Below are positions 18,738-31,562 of a stretch of 45,090 bases of DNA, one piece after another (position 1 is the stretch's first letter; every line of letters starts with the position of its first letter). Made by a program: the position numbers and the translations under genes. The notes under the pieces are model-generated. The model was not told the DNA's origin. It made no database searches and saw only the letters and a list, made by a program, of their open reading frames with translations. The stretch is taken from the sequence record SRR20825006_1275. One strand, 5' to 3'.

Positions 18738-20957
18738 ATGCGCCTTATACCCACTCGAAAACACGCGCTCGCGCTCATCTCACTCCTCTGCCTCTGGCCA
18801 AACCTCGCCATAGCGCAGGAGCAAGACCCCGTACCCGGCGAGCCACACGAGCAAAGCGAGGTGCATCGACGCGTCGCACAAACCATGCTCTATGTCGGCC
18901 GGTTCTTCGAGTCGGCGGGCTATCCGACCTCGGCGGCGACCTTCTACATCTCGAGCGCGAACTACGCGCCAAACATCGGAGACTTCCTGCGCCTCAAGGG
19001 CGCAGAGATGCTGCTCTCGAAGAAGAAGCCATGGCGTCAGGGCCTCGAGCGCATCGAGCGCGAGGGCGCGCTCGCGCGTGAAGTCCCTGGCCGAGCGCTC
19101 CTTCAAACAAAGACCTGGCATGCGTTGCATGGAGATATCCTGACGGATGATCTCCCCATCACGCTCCTCTCGCGAGCGCTCGACGAGCCGACCTCGCGCG
19201 AAGAGGCATGCGCCTGGGTCAAGCCGATGCTCGACAGCTCATCCTCGCCGACGCCATGGTCGACGCTGTCGAAACGACTGACCAACAAAGACCCCAGGCG
19301 CAACGGGAGGCTCGGGCAGCTCGCGCAACGCATCCACGCCAGGTGCGATGGGGATGACAAGATCTCGTGGTCCGAGGCTCGCCGCGCACCGCTGACATCA
19401 AAGGCCCGCATTCAACGCGCCGAGATGCTCTACGCTGGCGTTCATTATTACTGGACGCTCGCGGAGTTGGAGCGCGTCGATTTCGAGAAGCTCGATAACG
19501 CCTCCTGGTGCCGCGCCGAATTTCGGCGCGCACGCGCGACCTATCGCATTCGCAAGCTGCGAAAAGATAGCGATGACATCTACCTCGGCGTGGCGAAGAA
19601 ATGCACCGACGCGAAGCTCGCAGACTATCGCATCAGGAGCCTCTACGCGGTCGCAAAGCGTAACTTCGATCGCGGCATCACCGCGCCATCGAAGGATCTG
19701 TTCGAACAGATCCTCAAGGACTACCCCGAACGCTCACACGCCGATGACGCCCTGCTCTATCTGGCGCGGATCGCCCGCTCACGCAGACGTGGCGAGGAAG
19801 AGGTCGCGCTCATGAAGCGCGCGCTCGAGCAATACCCGGGCGGTGATATGGTCCACGAGCTTGTCTGGGAGGTCCTCGAAGGTGACTTCCGCAAAGGCGA
19901 CTTCAAGACCTTCCTCTCGAAGCTCTCCAAGCTCGACCTGCCAGGCCACGATGACAACTACCTGAGCCAGGGTCGCCTCGAATACTTCCAGGGCTACGCC
20001 CACGCCAAACTCGGCCAAAAGAAGCAGGCAAAGCAAGCCTACCTCGAAACATGGCGCGCCTATCCATTTAGCTTCTATGGCTATATGGCCTGGCTCGCGC
20101 TCGATCGCATGGGGGTCGACCAAAAGAACCTCTCGTTCTCGCGCGGCGCGACCTCGAAGGAAGACCTCGCCTGGCTCTTTGACGAAGAGTGGCAGCAGAG
20201 CGACGCGGCCATGCTTGCCGAGGTCGGTATGTATGGATGGGCCGCTCAGGTCGAAGAACTGCGCACGCGCGGCACCTCGCCATCGAGCAAGGCGCTCTGG
20301 CGGCTCGCCTGGCTCTACCACCAACAGGGTAACTTCCCGTTAAGCCATAACATCGCGCGAAGAAAGATCTCGAAGCGTCCGTGGGCTGCGCCCGAGCAAG
20401 GGCGCGCGCTGCGCTGGGAGATCGCCTGGCCAAATCCCTTCAAGCAAGTTGTCCTCGATGCGGTCGCCGCCGAGGCCAAGCAACACAAGCCCGCCGACGC
20501 GGTGCTTCGCCCCGAATTGCCGATGGCGATCATGCGCGAGGAGTCGAGCTTTATCCCGGATATCGAGAGCTACGCAGGCGCGCTCGGGCTGATGCAGTTG
20601 ATGCCAGCCACCGCGCTCGACCATGACAGTGATATCGACGGAGCGGCGACCCCGGACAAGCTCATCATCCCGGAGATTAATATCCGCGTGGCGACGGACC
20701 ACCTCTTCACGCTCGCTGACCGATTGCACTCCCACCCGGCGGTGATGGCAGCAGGTTACAACGCGGGCGCAGGTGCCGCGCGGCGCTGGCTTCGAGGAGC
20801 AAAGGATCGCCACATCGCCATCTGGGTCGAGGACATCCCCTACTTCCAAGCGCGCAATTACACCAAGCGCGTGATCGGGAGTTATCTGGCGTATCAATGG
20901 TTGCTCGGGCACGACACGTTCGACAAACGCGTGGGCGAGGATGCTCCCGAACCTTGA
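18738..20957 (+). CDS. Soluble lytic transglycosylase (Slt-type) with TPR-like repeats
   Basis: Signal peptide; catalytic motif IMREESSF; GALGLMQLMP, AGYNAG and IPYFQARNYTKRV. Confidence 0.9.
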   Translation: MRLIPTRKHALALISLLCLWPNLAIAQEQDPVPGEPHEQSEVHRRVAQTMLYVGRFFESAGYPTSAATFYISSANYAPNIGDFLRLKGAEMLLSKKKPWRQGLERIEREGALAREVPGRALLQTKTWHALHGDILTDDLPITLLSRALDEPTSREEACAWVKPMLDSSSSPTPWSTLSKRLTNKDPRRNGRLGQLAQRIHARCDGDDKISWSEARRAPLTSKARIQRAEMLYAGVHYYWTLAELERVDFEKLDNASWCRAEFRRARATYRIRKLRKDSDDIYLGVAKKCTDAKLADYRIRSLYAVAKRNFDRGITAPSKDLFEQILKDYPERSHADDALLYLARIARSRRRGEEEVALMKRALEQYPGGDMVHELVWEVLEGDFRKGDFKTFLSKLSKLDLPGHDDNYLSQGRLEYFQGYAHAKLGQKKQAKQAYLETWRAYPFSFYGYMAWLALDRMGVDQKNLSFSRGATSKEDLAWLFDEEWQQSDAAMLAEVGMYGWAAQVEELRTRGTSPSSKALWRLAWLYHQQGNFPLSHNIARRKISKRPWAAPEQGRALRWEIAWPNPFKQVVLDAVAAEAKQHKPADAVLRPELPMAIMREESSFIPDIESYAGALGLMQLMPATALDHDSDIDGAATPDKLIIPEINIRVATDHLFTLADRLHSHPAVMAAGYNAGAGAARRWLRGAKDRHIAIWVEDIPYFQARNYTKRVIGSYLAYQWLLGHDTFDKRVGEDAPEP

Positions 20958-20978
20958 GCGAGATGTTCGCGCCGATGC

Positions 20979-23408
<2,430 letters not shown>

Positions 23409-23467
23409 CCTCTGCGCTCCTGCAACCAGCTCCCGATGATCTTCACGACGAATACCAGAGAGTATAC

Positions 23468-24949
23468 TCAGAAGAACTGCTGCGCGCCAAAGCTCAAGGC
23501 GCCGCCTGCGCCATTGATGATCGGATAAGCATAGTCGAAGCGCGCGACGAAGCCGTAGATCTTGGGCGAGATGATGCGCACGCCGCCGCCGACAGATGCC
23601 GCGTCGAGCTCGATGAACGGGTTGAGCGAATCAGCGGTCGCGCCGCTGTCGACAAAGCCAACCATCTGCAACGCGAACCAGCGTGATGCAATAGGCGCCA
23701 CGCGGTACTCGGCGTTGACCGCCCAGTAGCTGTTGCCGCGAAACTGTGAATCGCGATAGCCGCGCACGCGGTTTAGCCCACCCATATAATAAAGGTACTG
23801 GATCTGCTCGGTGTTGGTGAACCCGAGGCGAACGCGCGCGGCGAGGTTTCCTCGGAAGGGAATCTTCTTGTAGGCGACCAGGATCGATTCGAGCTGTGAG
23901 AAGCGGAAGTCGGAGCCCCAGAGTTTGTCCGTGTGCCCGAACCATTGGGTGAGCGACCAGCCGTCGTAGTAGAAGTCATCGCGGTTCACGCGACCAAAGC
24001 GCATGTTGCCGCGCGCGGTGATGGCGCGGCCTCCTGAAGGGAGCCCGCCAAAGTTATCCTGTTGAATTTCACGCGTGGCTTCGGGGATGAAATCATAGGA
24101 GAAGCCATCATCGATCCACTCGAAGTTCAGGCCGCCATAGAGCCAGCGCTTGAACTCGCGCTGGAAGCGAAGGATGGCGATCCTTCGCTCGAGGCTAAAG
24201 CCGCCCTCGAGGGTCCCATCCGGCTCGTAGATGCTGCGCAGGCGCGTGATGCGCCACAGATCAATGCCGGCGGAGGTTCGCGAGTTGAGGAACCGGGGAT
24301 CTTGGAACCAGACCACGAACGAGTTGGCCGCGCCGCCTGGCTGCAAGAACGTCTCGTTGAGCCCGAGGCGATCGTATTGCACGCCCGCGGTGAGGTACCT
24401 GCCAAAGAGGTTGATATCACTGCCGCCGGTCGCAAATTGCGTCAGGCCACCGCCCTGAACGAGCGTGAAAAATGGTAACAGCGTCCAGCGCTCGTCGACG
24501 CGGATCTTGAGCACGCGGGCGGGTCGTTTCGGGTTTTGCTCGGGAGGTTGACCGTCGACGAGCTCGGCCTTCTTGGAGATAAGCTGCCAGTCGACCTCGC
24601 GGAACAACCCGAGGTTGAGCAGGCGAGTGATGCTCTCCTGGATTTGAGACATCGAGGCGTAGTCGCCCTCTTCGAATAAAAGCTCGCGCATCACCACGTA
24701 GCGTTGCGTGCGGCCGAGCCCCTCGATGATCACGGCGTCGATGCGCACCACGCGACAACCGTCACCGAGCGGCTGCTCGATGCAAGAATCCGGCTCGTCG
24801 ATGGTGATGTCATCGCCCTTGTCCTCGGTCGGGCGCTCGAGCAAGGACTTCAGCGCGCCCTGCCCTCTTTCTTGCGCGGTCGCAGCATGCGGCCAACACA
24901 ACGCGAGGAGAAGGAGCCAGAATGCTCCTTTGAGCAAGCTATTCTTCAA
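23468..24949 (-). CDS. Omp85 (BamA/TamA) family outer-membrane protein with apparently one POTRA domain
   Basis: Signal peptide; POTRA pattern (IIEGLGRTQRYVVMRELLF...LLNLGLFREV); barrel motif GGLNRVRGY; C-terminal QQFF; TTG start. Confidence 0.85.
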   Translation of the reverse strand: MKNSLLKGAFWLLLLALCWPHAATAQERGQGALKSLLERPTEDKGDDITIDEPDSCIEQPLGDGCRVVRIDAVIIEGLGRTQRYVVMRELLFEEGDYASMSQIQESITRLLNLGLFREVDWQLISKKAELVDGQPPEQNPKRPARVLKIRVDERWTLLPFFTLVQGGGLTQFATGGSDINLFGRYLTAGVQYDRLGLNETFLQPGGAANSFVVWFQDPRFLNSRTSAGIDLWRITRLRSIYEPDGTLEGGFSLERRIAILRFQREFKRWLYGGLNFEWIDDGFSYDFIPEATREIQQDNFGGLPSGGRAITARGNMRFGRVNRDDFYYDGWSLTQWFGHTDKLWGSDFRFSQLESILVAYKKIPFRGNLAARVRLGFTNTEQIQYLYYMGGLNRVRGYRDSQFRGNSYWAVNAEYRVAPIASRWFALQMVGFVDSGATADSLNPFIELDAASVGGGVRIISPKIYGFVARFDYAYPIINGAGGALSFGAQQFF

Positions 24950-25052
24950 GGATGCGCCTCTTGTCTAGACATCACCAAGGTCAGCGAGGTCACGTCTTTA
25001 TCACCGACCCGAGGTGAAGACAACCTGGCGCTCTCGGTTGTCGGCGTGGCGC

Positions 25053-25349
25053 TCATGACTTGCGGTTCACCGCGCTGATGACCTCGACCCCCATCCAACC
25101 ACCACCGATCAGACAAAAGATGGAGCCCAGGATATAGAGAGGCATCCCGGGAGTGCCGCCATGTTGGATGACGTTTCCTCCCCAGGCATCGATAAGATCT
25201 TGGGCGCAGAAGCCCGCGATGAAGAGCGCTCCGCCGAGCAACAGAAAGATCAACGCGATCACGGCGCAGCCCCAACCTCCGGCGTCACTGGCGCTCGTCT
25301 TCAATACTTGCTGCCCAGATGTGGATTCAGGCGCCCCTCGACCTTGCAT
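25053..25349 (-). CDS. Small hypothetical membrane protein (two TM segments)
   Basis: AGGAG RBS before ATG 25349; two hydrophobic Gly-rich segments. Confidence 0.65.
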   Translation of the reverse strand: MQGRGAPESTSGQQVLKTSASDAGGWGCAVIALIFLLLGGALFIAGFCAQDLIDAWGGNVIQHGGTPGMPLYILGSIFCLIGGGWMGVEVISAVNRKS

Positions 25350-25390
25350 CGCGATCTCCTGTCTGTGTGAGGCGCCCAGGGTATCAGCTA

Positions 25391-25966
25391 TCAAAGGTTC
25401 GAACAAAGAGGATGCTCGGCGCAAAAGGACTCGAGCGCGTCATCATCGAGATCGCCAAGCTCGAGTAATATCAGGTAAGGATCTCCATCCAATCCGAGCG
25501 CCTTCGCGAACGCGGGTTCGGTCTTCAAGCCAGCGCGCTTGAGCGCGCGAACGATGCTCCGAAGCCCCTCACCGTAGCGCTCGAGCAAGCGGTGCTCCGC
25601 GAGCATATGTCTGTAGGCATTTTGAGAACGCGTGGGCAATGGTTGCGCGAAGACTTCGAAGAGAAACCCATCGAACGTGAAGCTCACCACACAGGACTCG
25701 TGCCCCTGCGCGATAGCTCGCTGACATCGGTAGTCCTCGAAGTCGCTGACATGATCCTCCAAGATGTGAAGGAACACGTCGATGTCGTGAACCTCGCAGA
25801 TCACGTCGATGTCACTGCCCTCGATGTCGATATCGATCGGTATCGTCCCTGCCCATATGGGATCAAAGCCTGACAACAGCGTCATCAACCCCGAACGCTT
25901 CAGACAAAGTGACGCTTCGCGTTGGCGCTCGGTGCCATGTTCGAAGTCATGTTCGAAGTCTTGCAA
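25391..25966 (-). CDS. DUF4269-like protein (nucleotidyltransferase-like G..DxD motif)
   Basis: DPIWAGTIPIDIDIEGSDIDVIC, QNAYRHMLAEHRLL and GLKTEPAFA...GDPY match the DUF4269 pattern as recalled; TTG start after GGAGGAG. Confidence 0.8.
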   Translation of the reverse strand: MQDFEHDFEHGTERQREASLCLKRSGLMTLLSGFDPIWAGTIPIDIDIEGSDIDVICEVHDIDVFLHILEDHVSDFEDYRCQRAIAQGHESCVVSFTFDGFLFEVFAQPLPTRSQNAYRHMLAEHRLLERYGEGLRSIVRALKRAGLKTEPAFAKALGLDGDPYLILLELGDLDDDALESFCAEHPLCSNL

Positions 25967-26010
25967 ATCACTCCTCCAGTCTCGGCCCGCGAACCGACAA
26001 CCTTCCGCCC

Positions 26011-26091
26011 GCAACCGAAGGGGGGGACCCGTTCCCCAACCTGGGTGGTGATGTGCACCAGGTCGGGGAACGGGTCCCCCCCTTCGGTTGC
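26011..26091. repeat. 81-bp palindromic element E1, related to E2 at 33435-33515
   Basis: 27-bp perfect arms GCAACCGAAGGGGGGGACCCGTTCCCC (26011-26037 and 26065-26091), extendable to 34 bp with one mismatch. Confidence 0.9.
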
Positions 26092-26171
26092 TCGGCCACC
26101 AGCGCTATCACTCGGGACGGCATCTCGCGCTCTGCGTCGTGCGGCCTCTGACGTGTGCCTGGGAGTCAGAA

Positions 26172-29100
26172 TTATAGGACGGCGAGCCCGTGTCGTCCGT
26201 TGGCGCTCTCGACGAAGAGCGTGGAGCGACCGTTGCCGAGCTTTTCGACGACGATGCGTGTGTCGACGCGCTCCTTGAGGCTCTCGACGTGGCTGATGAT
26301 ACCGATCTGTTGGACGCTCTCCTGTTGTAGCTGACGCAAGGTCGCCATCGCCACATCGAGCGTTTCCTGATCGAGGGTGCCGAACCCCTCGTCGAGGAGG
26401 AGTGTTTCGACAGGCATCTCCACGCGGCGGAAATCAGACAGTCCGAGCGCGAGCGCGAGTGAGACGAGGAACGTCTCGCCGCCAGAGAGCGTCGTGAGCG
26501 GGCGGTGAGCATCGGCCTGATGGTGGTCGATGACGGCGAAGTCGAGCTTTGGCTCGCCCTGATCTCCGACCGCGACCGCCAGCGAATACCTCGGGGCGAG
26601 GCGATCGAGGCGCATGTTGGCGCGATCGACGAGCTCTTGCAGGTTCAAGCTCTGCGCGAACTGTTTGAAGCCCTCGCCGTCCTTGGTGCCGATGAGGCGG
26701 TGGATCGTCTCCCAGACGCGGTATTCGCTCTGGAGCGCGTCGAGCTCCTCGCGCATGTGTTCGCTGCGCTTCTTTGCCTTCTCCTGCGCTTCGACCTGTT
26801 GCTTCAAGCCGCCGCGCTCGCTGAGCAGTTCGTCGACCTCCTTGCGAACGCGCGCGTGCTCCTTCTCCCACTTCTTGGGCGTGAACTCATCGAGGCGCTC
26901 GTCCTCGGGGCGCTGCTCGCCATGCGATTCCATCTGCGCGGCGAGGCGTTCTTGCTCGCGCTTGGCGTCGGCGATCTCTTGTTCGAAGGTGGCGAACTCA
27001 TCCTCGAGCTTTTTGCGATCCTCTTTCGAGAGCAGCGACTCGCGAAGCGCTGCCTCTTTCTTGCCGAGTTCTTTCTCGAGGTCTGCGAGGTTTTGCTCGA
27101 GCTCCTCGAGCGCGCTCTTCTGCTCTTCGAGTTGTTTGGTCTTCTCTTGCAGCGAACCTTGCAGGCGCTCGAGCCTGGACTTGCTTTCGCTCGCGGCCTC
27201 GCGCGCCTCGACCTGCTGTTTCTCGGCGCTCGAAATCGCCTCCTCGAGTTCTTTTTGCACGTCCTCGGGAGCGCGCCCATCGAGCAACCCCTCGCGCTCT
27301 TTCTCGAGCGCCTCGACGGCCTCCTTGCGGCTGGCGAGTTCCTTGTCGATGCGCGCTTGCTCGGACCTGGCGGCCTCGAGCCTCTCCATCGAGCGCGCGC
27401 GCTCGTTCTCGAGGCGCTCCTTTTCTTTCCTGGCCTGGTCGAGCTTCTCCATCGCCTGCTCGTAGCGCCCGCGCAGAGCGCGGGCGCGCTCGAGCGCGCC
27501 TTTGAAGTCTGGATTGTCGGGGTCCTCTCCCAACGAGATCTTTGCTCTGGAGAAGCGGGACGCGAGCTCATCGCGAGCGCTATCGCGTTGCTCCTCGACC
27601 TCAGCGAGGTGGTCCTTGGATTCGTGAAGCGACGCCTCGAGGAGCTCGAGCTTGCTCGAGAGCTGTCCTTGCTCGACCTCGATTTTTTGGTGATTCTCAC
27701 TGGCAAGTCGCAACGCCTCGCGAGCACTCTCGAAGGACTCGACCAACTCGTCGAGCTTCACGAGCGCGCTCCGGGCATCATCCTGTTCGCGTTTGAGGTC
27801 GGCGCGTTGCACGACGAGGCCATCGCGCAGTTTGCTCTGCTCCTCGCTCGAACCGGGGAAGATCTCGATGGCGACAAACCCGATCCTATGGCGAGCGCCA
27901 TTGTAGCGCTCGAGCAACTTGTCGAGCTCCTTGCGCAGGCCCGTGCGGCGCGCCTCGGTGTTGGCCTTGGCGCTCTCGAGCGCGGCAAGATCGAGCTCCG
28001 CCTCGCGGATCTCATCGTTGGTCTCGGTGACCTGTTTGGTGAGCGCTTCCTTTCGCCCGACCAACTTCTCGCGATCCGACTCGAGCTGCGCCTCGACCTC
28101 GTCGAGCGATTGCTCCGCGATGAGCGGGTGGTCCTCGCTGCCGCACAGCGGGCACGCCTCGTGTTCGTCGAGGTTCTTGCGGTGATCCGAGAGCACGAGC
28201 TTGTCTTCGACCGAGCGCAACCCGATCGAGATCCCCTCGAGGTTCTCTCGCTGCTCCCCGATCTGCTTCTCCAGCACCTCGAGTGATTTCTGGCGCGCCT
28301 TGATGTCGCGCTCCTGAGAGGAGAGCGTGCGCTTGTTGTTGGCCTGTTCGAGGCGCTTTTCGCACAACTGCTCGTGCAGCCTGAGCGCCTCGTCCAACGT
28401 CATCAGTGATTCTCTGGCGTCATCGAGCTTGTGCTCGAGGACCTCGCGACGACGCGCCGAGGAGGCTGTGCCCTCGAGCATCTCGTCGAGCATCGCCTTG
28501 GCCGCAGCGAGCGCGTCCCGTTGCGGCGCGACGCGCTCGCGGGCTTCCTCGAGTTGTTTGTCGACGACCTCGAGCTTTGCTTTGGCGGAGCTCGCGCTCT
28601 CCTTTGCCTCCTGACATTTCGAGCGCGCACGTTCGACGCGAGCGCGCACATCGGCGTAGTGGGTTACCTTGGCTGCGAGCACCTCGAGGCGAAGCTCCCC
28701 ATCGAGCAGCGATGCGCCATCGACATCCTCGATCGCTGCGCGAGCGCTCTCCTCGGCGCTCGCGGCCGCGGCCAGCGCCTCTTGCTGCTCTTTTTCGCTG
28801 GCGGCGAGCGCCTCGAGAGCTTCGGTGTTCTCCTCGGCGCGTATCTTCACGCGCGCGAGCTCCTTGCTGGCGGACTCCTGACGTTGGACGATGTTTCGCG
28901 CGCTCTCGAGGTCAGGCCGCGCCTTCTCGAGCGCCTCGCGAGCTTTGACGAGCGCCTCCTGGCGCTCGCCGAGGGTTTTGGCCGCCTTTTCATTGGCCTC
29001 GCGCGCTGACTTCGCGTCCTCCTCGAGCTTGCCGTGCGACTCTTGCAGTGATTTTACCTGCTCGCGCACCTCGTCGAGCTTCTCGAGCGTGGGCTCTGCG

Positions 29101-30014
29101 GGTCTGCACGCGCGATCGAGCTCGAGGCGCGCGAGGTCTTCCTGGCGATCCTTTTGCGCCTTCTCACGCTCCTTGATCGCCTGCGCGATCTGCTTGCTCT
29201 CCTCCTCGATCTCACTCAGGCGCTCGAGCCACTTGATGCAAGCCTCGGTGGTCTCGAGATCCGCGCGTGCCAGCTCCAGCGCCCCCTCGAGATCAGCGAG
29301 GTGCTCGCGAAGCTCGCGCTCGTCCTCCTCATCGAGGATCTGTAGGCCGTCGAGTTTGGCGAGCAGATCCTTGAGATCGCGCTCCACGTCACGCCGCTTC
29401 GCCGACGCGCGTTGCCCGATCAATTTATACTCGTCGGTGCTCGTGAGCTTCTCCAGGATGCTCGCCTTCACCTCCTCGTCCGCCTTGAGGAACGCGGCAA
29501 ACTCGCCCTGCGCGAGCAGAATACTGCGCTGGAAATCCTCCACGCTCATCCCCTCGAGGATCTCCTCGAAGTGAGGCTCGAAGTACTTGAGGCGGTTATC
29601 ACTGACGATGAGCTTCTCCTCGCCCTCCTCGTCATACGTATAGAGGCTGCGGATCGGGTCCTGGAGCGTGCCGCTCGCTTTCTCATACGCGCGACGACAC
29701 TCCCAGACGGCGCGGTAGTGGTGGCGCTCGCCATCCGCATTCTTGAGGCTAAAGTGAACCTCGGCGCGGCATCGCCCGGTGCCATAGCTCATGACATGGC
29801 GCGCGTCGGTCTCGGGGCGCCCCGTGGCGCGCGTGAGCCTCGGCGTAACGCCGAACAACCCGAGACAGATCGCGTCGAGGATGGTGGACTTGCCCGCCCC
29901 GGTTTGACCCAGGATCAAAAACAGCGACGCCTGATCGAGATCCTTCTCGAAGTCGATCACGTGCTCGCCATAGAGCGAGTTGAGGTTGAGTGTCTTGACC
30001 TTGTGGAGCTTCAT
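26172..30014 (-). CDS. sbcC: SbcC/Rad50 SMC-like ATPase
   Basis: Walker A GQTGAGKS, Q-loop LAQGEF, long coiled coils, zinc hook CPLCGS, signature LSGGETF and Walker B LLDEGFGTLD. Confidence 0.96.
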   Translation of the reverse strand: MKLHKVKTLNLNSLYGEHVIDFEKDLDQASLFLILGQTGAGKSTILDAICLGLFGVTPRLTRATGRPETDARHVMSYGTGRCRAEVHFSLKNADGERHHYRAVWECRRAYEKASGTLQDPIRSLYTYDEEGEEKLIVSDNRLKYFEPHFEEILEGMSVEDFQRSILLAQGEFAAFLKADEEVKASILEKLTSTDEYKLIGQRASAKRRDVERDLKDLLAKLDGLQILDEEDERELREHLADLEGALELARADLETTEACIKWLERLSEIEEESKQIAQAIKEREKAQKDRQEDLARLELDRACRPAEPTLEKLDEVREQVKSLQESHGKLEEDAKSAREANEKAAKTLGERQEALVKAREALEKARPDLESARNIVQRQESASKELARVKIRAEENTEALEALAASEKEQQEALAAAASAEESARAAIEDVDGASLLDGELRLEVLAAKVTHYADVRARVERARSKCQEAKESASSAKAKLEVVDKQLEEARERVAPQRDALAAAKAMLDEMLEGTASSARRREVLEHKLDDARESLMTLDEALRLHEQLCEKRLEQANNKRTLSSQERDIKARQKSLEVLEKQIGEQRENLEGISIGLRSVEDKLVLSDHRKNLDEHEACPLCGSEDHPLIAEQSLDEVEAQLESDREKLVGRKEALTKQVTETNDEIREAELDLAALESAKANTEARRTGLRKELDKLLERYNGARHRIGFVAIEIFPGSSEEQSKLRDGLVVQRADLKREQDDARSALVKLDELVESFESAREALRLASENHQKIEVEQGQLSSKLELLEASLHESKDHLAEVEEQRDSARDELASRFSRAKISLGEDPDNPDFKGALERARALRGRYEQAMEKLDQARKEKERLENERARSMERLEAARSEQARIDKELASRKEAVEALEKEREGLLDGRAPEDVQKELEEAISSAEKQQVEAREAASESKSRLERLQGSLQEKTKQLEEQKSALEELEQNLADLEKELGKKEAALRESLLSKEDRKKLEDEFATFEQEIADAKREQERLAAQMESHGEQRPEDERLDEFTPKKWEKEHARVRKEVDELLSERGGLKQQVEAQEKAKKRSEHMREELDALQSEYRVWETIHRLIGTKDGEGFKQFAQSLNLQELVDRANMRLDRLAPRYSLAVAVGDQGEPKLDFAVIDHHQADAHRPLTTLSGGETFLVSLALALGLSDFRRVEMPVETLLLDEGFGTLDQETLDVAMATLRQLQQESVQQIGIISHVESLKERVDTRIVVEKLGNGRSTLFVESANGRHGLAVL

Positions 30015-30060
30015 CGTCCCATTCCGTGGCTCTGGAGCGCGCGACGCGATTCATCAAAAA

Positions 30061-31350
30061 TCACTTGGTGCCGCCGCGACGCTCCTTCATCTCCTCGAGC
30101 TGCTCGTCGGTGAGCAGCGACATAAACGCGGTCAGGATCTCGTCCGTGGGAGGCTGGCCGTGCTTGATCAAATACATCTTCTCGAACACATCCGTCGGCG
30201 TCAGCTCGTTGAGCGGCACCGAACGCAGCGCCGAAGGGTCCACGCCGCCAAAGTTGTTCGGGTTGACGAGCGTCTCTTTAAAACGCACCAACCTCGGGCG
30301 CTGCCCGGTGTCGAACGACGAGAGCACCTCGTCGAGCTTCATCATCCCATCGGGCATCGGCGCCTCGACGTGGAGATCCAGATACAGGTAGGGCCGAAGC
30401 TCCTGCTCCCACTCCAGGTCCTTGATGCGATCGAAGAGATCCTCTGGCGCGCCGAACATCTCGAAGACAGGTCGCCAAGCCGGGACCTCGACCTCCTCGA
30501 CGGTCGCGTGCGCTCTCGGCTTGTTCGGGTCCACATCCACGATCAGGATATGGCGAGGCGTGCGGGACTCGGTCACATCAGTAGGGATAGGAGACCCTGG
30601 ATACCAGGCGTTCGGGCCAGCGATCTCGATCTTCTGGTGCACGTGCCCCAACGCCACATACGAGTAGCGCAGATCAAAGATGTCCGGCGGCAAGCTACCC
30701 AGCGCTTCGATCAAGTGAATCGGCGTGTGATAGGCGCCCTCGACGTCCGTTTTTCCATCTGGATAACAGGTCAAATGGCCCGTGGTGAGGAGCGGGACAT
30801 CCGGGTACTTCTCCTCTGCGATGTCTGCCATCTTCGAGTAGAGCCCGCGAAACTTGTCGATCATCGAGTCGCGGATCTCCATCGGCTTTAGACCCGCGGT
30901 GACCACGCCCAATCTGCTCTCGTGCATGTAAGGGACGGCCATGACGACCGCCTCGACCGCGTCGCCCGCCTCGGTGTAAATCGGGCAGAGGCAACGCTCC
31001 CAGGTGTCCTCGTCGCCGGTCAAACCGCCGACGACGTGCACGTTGAGCGCCTCGAGCACCGGCGCAGGGGCGTCGAGCCGCGACGCCGAGTCGTGGTTTC
31101 CGCCCGTGACGATGATCTGCCGAAGCTTTGTCTCGCGACCGCACCGCGCCAGGAAATCATAATAGATCTTCAGGCAGCGCGCCGAAGGTTGGACATAGTG
31201 GAAGGTGTCACCACCGTGCACGAGGATGTCCACCTCGCGCTCGTTGATTTGCTCGATAAGCCAATCAAGGAAGCGCAGATGCTCTTCCTCACGCGGCGCT
31301 TGCTCCATGCTCACGCCGAGGTGCCAGTCGGATGTGTGCAAGATCCTCAT
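30061..31350 (-). CDS. sbcD: SbcD/Mre11 nuclease subunit
   Basis: MRILHTSDWHLG, GGDTF, GNHDS, YVALGHVH and YPGSP; directly upstream of sbcC. Confidence 0.96.
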   Translation of the reverse strand: MRILHTSDWHLGVSMEQAPREEEHLRFLDWLIEQINEREVDILVHGGDTFHYVQPSARCLKIYYDFLARCGRETKLRQIIVTGGNHDSASRLDAPAPVLEALNVHVVGGLTGDEDTWERCLCPIYTEAGDAVEAVVMAVPYMHESRLGVVTAGLKPMEIRDSMIDKFRGLYSKMADIAEEKYPDVPLLTTGHLTCYPDGKTDVEGAYHTPIHLIEALGSLPPDIFDLRYSYVALGHVHQKIEIAGPNAWYPGSPIPTDVTESRTPRHILIVDVDPNKPRAHATVEEVEVPAWRPVFEMFGAPEDLFDRIKDLEWEQELRPYLYLDLHVEAPMPDGMMKLDEVLSSFDTGQRPRLVRFKETLVNPNNFGGVDPSALRSVPLNELTPTDVFEKMYLIKHGQPPTDEILTAFMSLLTDEQLEEMKERRGGTK

Positions 31351-31562
31351 GATCGTCCTCACTCGCTACAATAACCCTGCCCGTCTACTCGCGAGCAAGC
31401 GCCGCGAAAGCACAACACTCCGCGACCAGACAACGCCTTCGCGTTGCCCAGACAGAGCCTAGTAACGCCATGTCAGGGTGCCAAGTGGATTTGCCGAGGA
31501 CGGTGATCGTATCACGATGACACCGTCCTGTTGACAGGTCCGCATCCCGGCGCGTGGTGCGC

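Noticed and set aside
26011-26091. E1 and E2 as canonical attC sites
   Set aside because: They lack the RYYYAAC/GTTRRRY consensus beyond AAC/GTT, the unpaired central spacer and the extrahelical bases; they are kept only as non-canonical candidates.
26160-26170. TCTGACTCCCA shared with 40322-40332 as a REP remnant
   Set aside because: It is only an 11-bp match with no palindromic partner, which is compatible with chance.
31490-31536. Hairpin AGGACGGTG...CACCGTCCT with a 2-nt bulge, preceded on the minus strand by TGTCAAC, as a possible attC for the 31563-32201 gene
   Set aside because: There is no GTT in the R' position, the site is under 50 bp (shorter than known attC sites), and the R'' does not complement the candidate GTTAGAA core.
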